A DNA stretch of 63,964 nucleotides, the filler included. It is 10 parts of 10 records of this genome, joined end to end, with 100 filler letters (N's around TTAATTAATTAA, not from the genome) between each part and the next. Parts side by side here need not be neighbours in the genome. Positions count along the whole stretch, not along the records: positions 58,889 to 63,964 come from DRR723986_27835; 9 more parts are not named here. One strand, written 5' to 3'. Below are positions 63,205-63,964 of this stretch, one piece after another (the first letter of the stretch is position 1; the number at the start of each line of letters is the position of its first letter). The notes under the pieces were generated by a model that saw nothing but the letters and a program-made list of their open reading frames with translations, was not told the origin of the DNA and made no database searches. A program made the position numbers and the translations under genes.

Positions 63205-63964
63205 CAGACCCCCTCTGGCGTGGCTGGAAACGTGTAGAGTTCCTGCCGGCTCTGGGGCAGCTGGTTATTGTCGCCGTGGGTGAACACCACCTGGAACAAC
63301 TGCAAAGAACCGGCCCGGAACGCGGCGATGGAACCGGCCAGATACAGTCGCCAGGCCCGGGTGAAATGTTCGTCGTACATCTCGGTGACCTGGTCCTGGT
63401 TGGCGGTGAAATTGTCCATCCAGTGGGTCAGGGTCTGAGCGTAATGCAGCCGCAGGTTTTCCACATCCAGTACCGAGAAATCGCTGTGCTCGCAGATTTC
63501 CATGAACTCGCCAATGCTGGGCGGATAGGCGCCGGGGAAAATCCGCTTCTCGATCCAGGCGTTCATCAGCATGGGCCGGTTGCGGCCGATGCTGTGGAGC
63601 AAGGCAATACCATTCGGCTTCAGGGAGCGTTTGATCAGTTCCGACAGAGCGGGGTAATTGTCCTTGCCCACGTGTTCGAGCATGCCAATAGAAACGAACG
63701 CGTCATACTGGCCCTCAATATTGCGGTAGTCGTCTTCGACATAGGTAACCAGGTTGTCCAGGCCTTGTCGCTCTGCTTCAGCCCGGGCGTAGGCCAGCTG
63801 TTCCCGTGAGATATTGTAGGAATGCACCTTCACTCCGTAATGACGGGCCATATATCGGGCCAGCCCGCCCCACCCGCAGCCGGCTTCGACCACGGTCATG
63901 CCCGGTTTCAGCCGAAGTTTGCGGCAAACGTGTTCCAGTTTGGCCAGTTGCGCCTGTTCCAGGG
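63204..63964 (-). CDS. Cyclopropane-fatty-acyl-phospholipid synthase family methyltransferase (TmpB-like), 5' truncated
   Basis: EAGCGWGG, DYR, VSIGMLEHVG, WIEKRIFPG, ENLRLHYAQTL; stop overlaps the reductase start. Confidence 0.9.
   Translation of the reverse strand, partial: LEQAQLAKLEHVCRKLRLKPGMTVVEAGCGWGGLARYMARHYGVKVHSYNISREQLAYARAEAERQGLDNLVTYVEDDYRNIEGQYDAFVSIGMLEHVGKDNYPALSELIKRSLKPNGIALLHSIGRNRPMLMNAWIEKRIFPGAYPPSIGEFMEICEHSDFSVLDVENLRLHYAQTLTHWMDNFTANQDQVTEMYDEHFTRAWRLYLAGSIAAFRAGSLQLFQVVFTHGDNNQLPQSRQELYTFPATPEGV

Overview
The window is not one locus. It is ten unrelated contig fragments joined by nine artificial 100-nt spacers (N-runs around TTAATTAATTAA), so gene neighbourhoods are only meaningful within a fragment. 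Taxonomic labels below are inferred from gene content. (1) 1-5148, high-GC alphaproteobacterium: CoA-transferase/crotonase/Dabb operon converging on a sorbosone/sorbose-dehydrogenase-like ALDH + GMC pair. (2) 5249-11260, Rhodobacteraceae-like: hfq-hflX, SnoaL protein, penicillin acylase, YSC84 lipoprotein, hemB. (3) 11361-18097, betaproteobacterium-like: DedA-fused disulfide reductase, DODA dioxygenase, Nudix lipoprotein, ZIP transporter, SenA/EgtB-type sulfoxide synthase, OxyR-like LysR. (4) 18198-25900, Roseibium/Hyphomicrobiales-like purC-purS-purQ region bounded by REP elements. (5) 26001-31916, planctomycete-like: REC-GGDEF-EAL, M1 aminopeptidase and SGNH-TPR genes between 74-bp inverted repeats. 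(6) 32017-37910, FCB-group: methyltransferase, soluble TPR-LuxR regulator, T9SS cargo. (7) 38011-47413: Wzx/Wzy polysaccharide cluster with two sulfotransferases, FkbM and gmd, plus manC, integrase and IS3 relics. (8) 47514-53557: ABC ATPase, AhpD-like/XRE/MATE, iolD, tRNA-Lys half-site with a decayed integrase. (9) 53658-58788: recG-ligA-ctrA-sciP-mnmA. (10) 58889-63964, Marinobacter-like: choice-of-anchor-I protein, DUF2057, porin, cfa-like methyltransferase + GGR-type reductase. No CRISPR array, rRNA or intact tRNA was seen. The best candidates for undescribed systems are the SenA/ZIP/OxyR-like/DedA-reductase redox-selenium locus, the SDH/SNDH-like + CoA-dependent catabolic pathway, the sulfated/methylated polysaccharide cluster and the cytoplasmic TPR-LuxR sensor beside secreted cargo. 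All family assignments come from motif recognition, not database searches.
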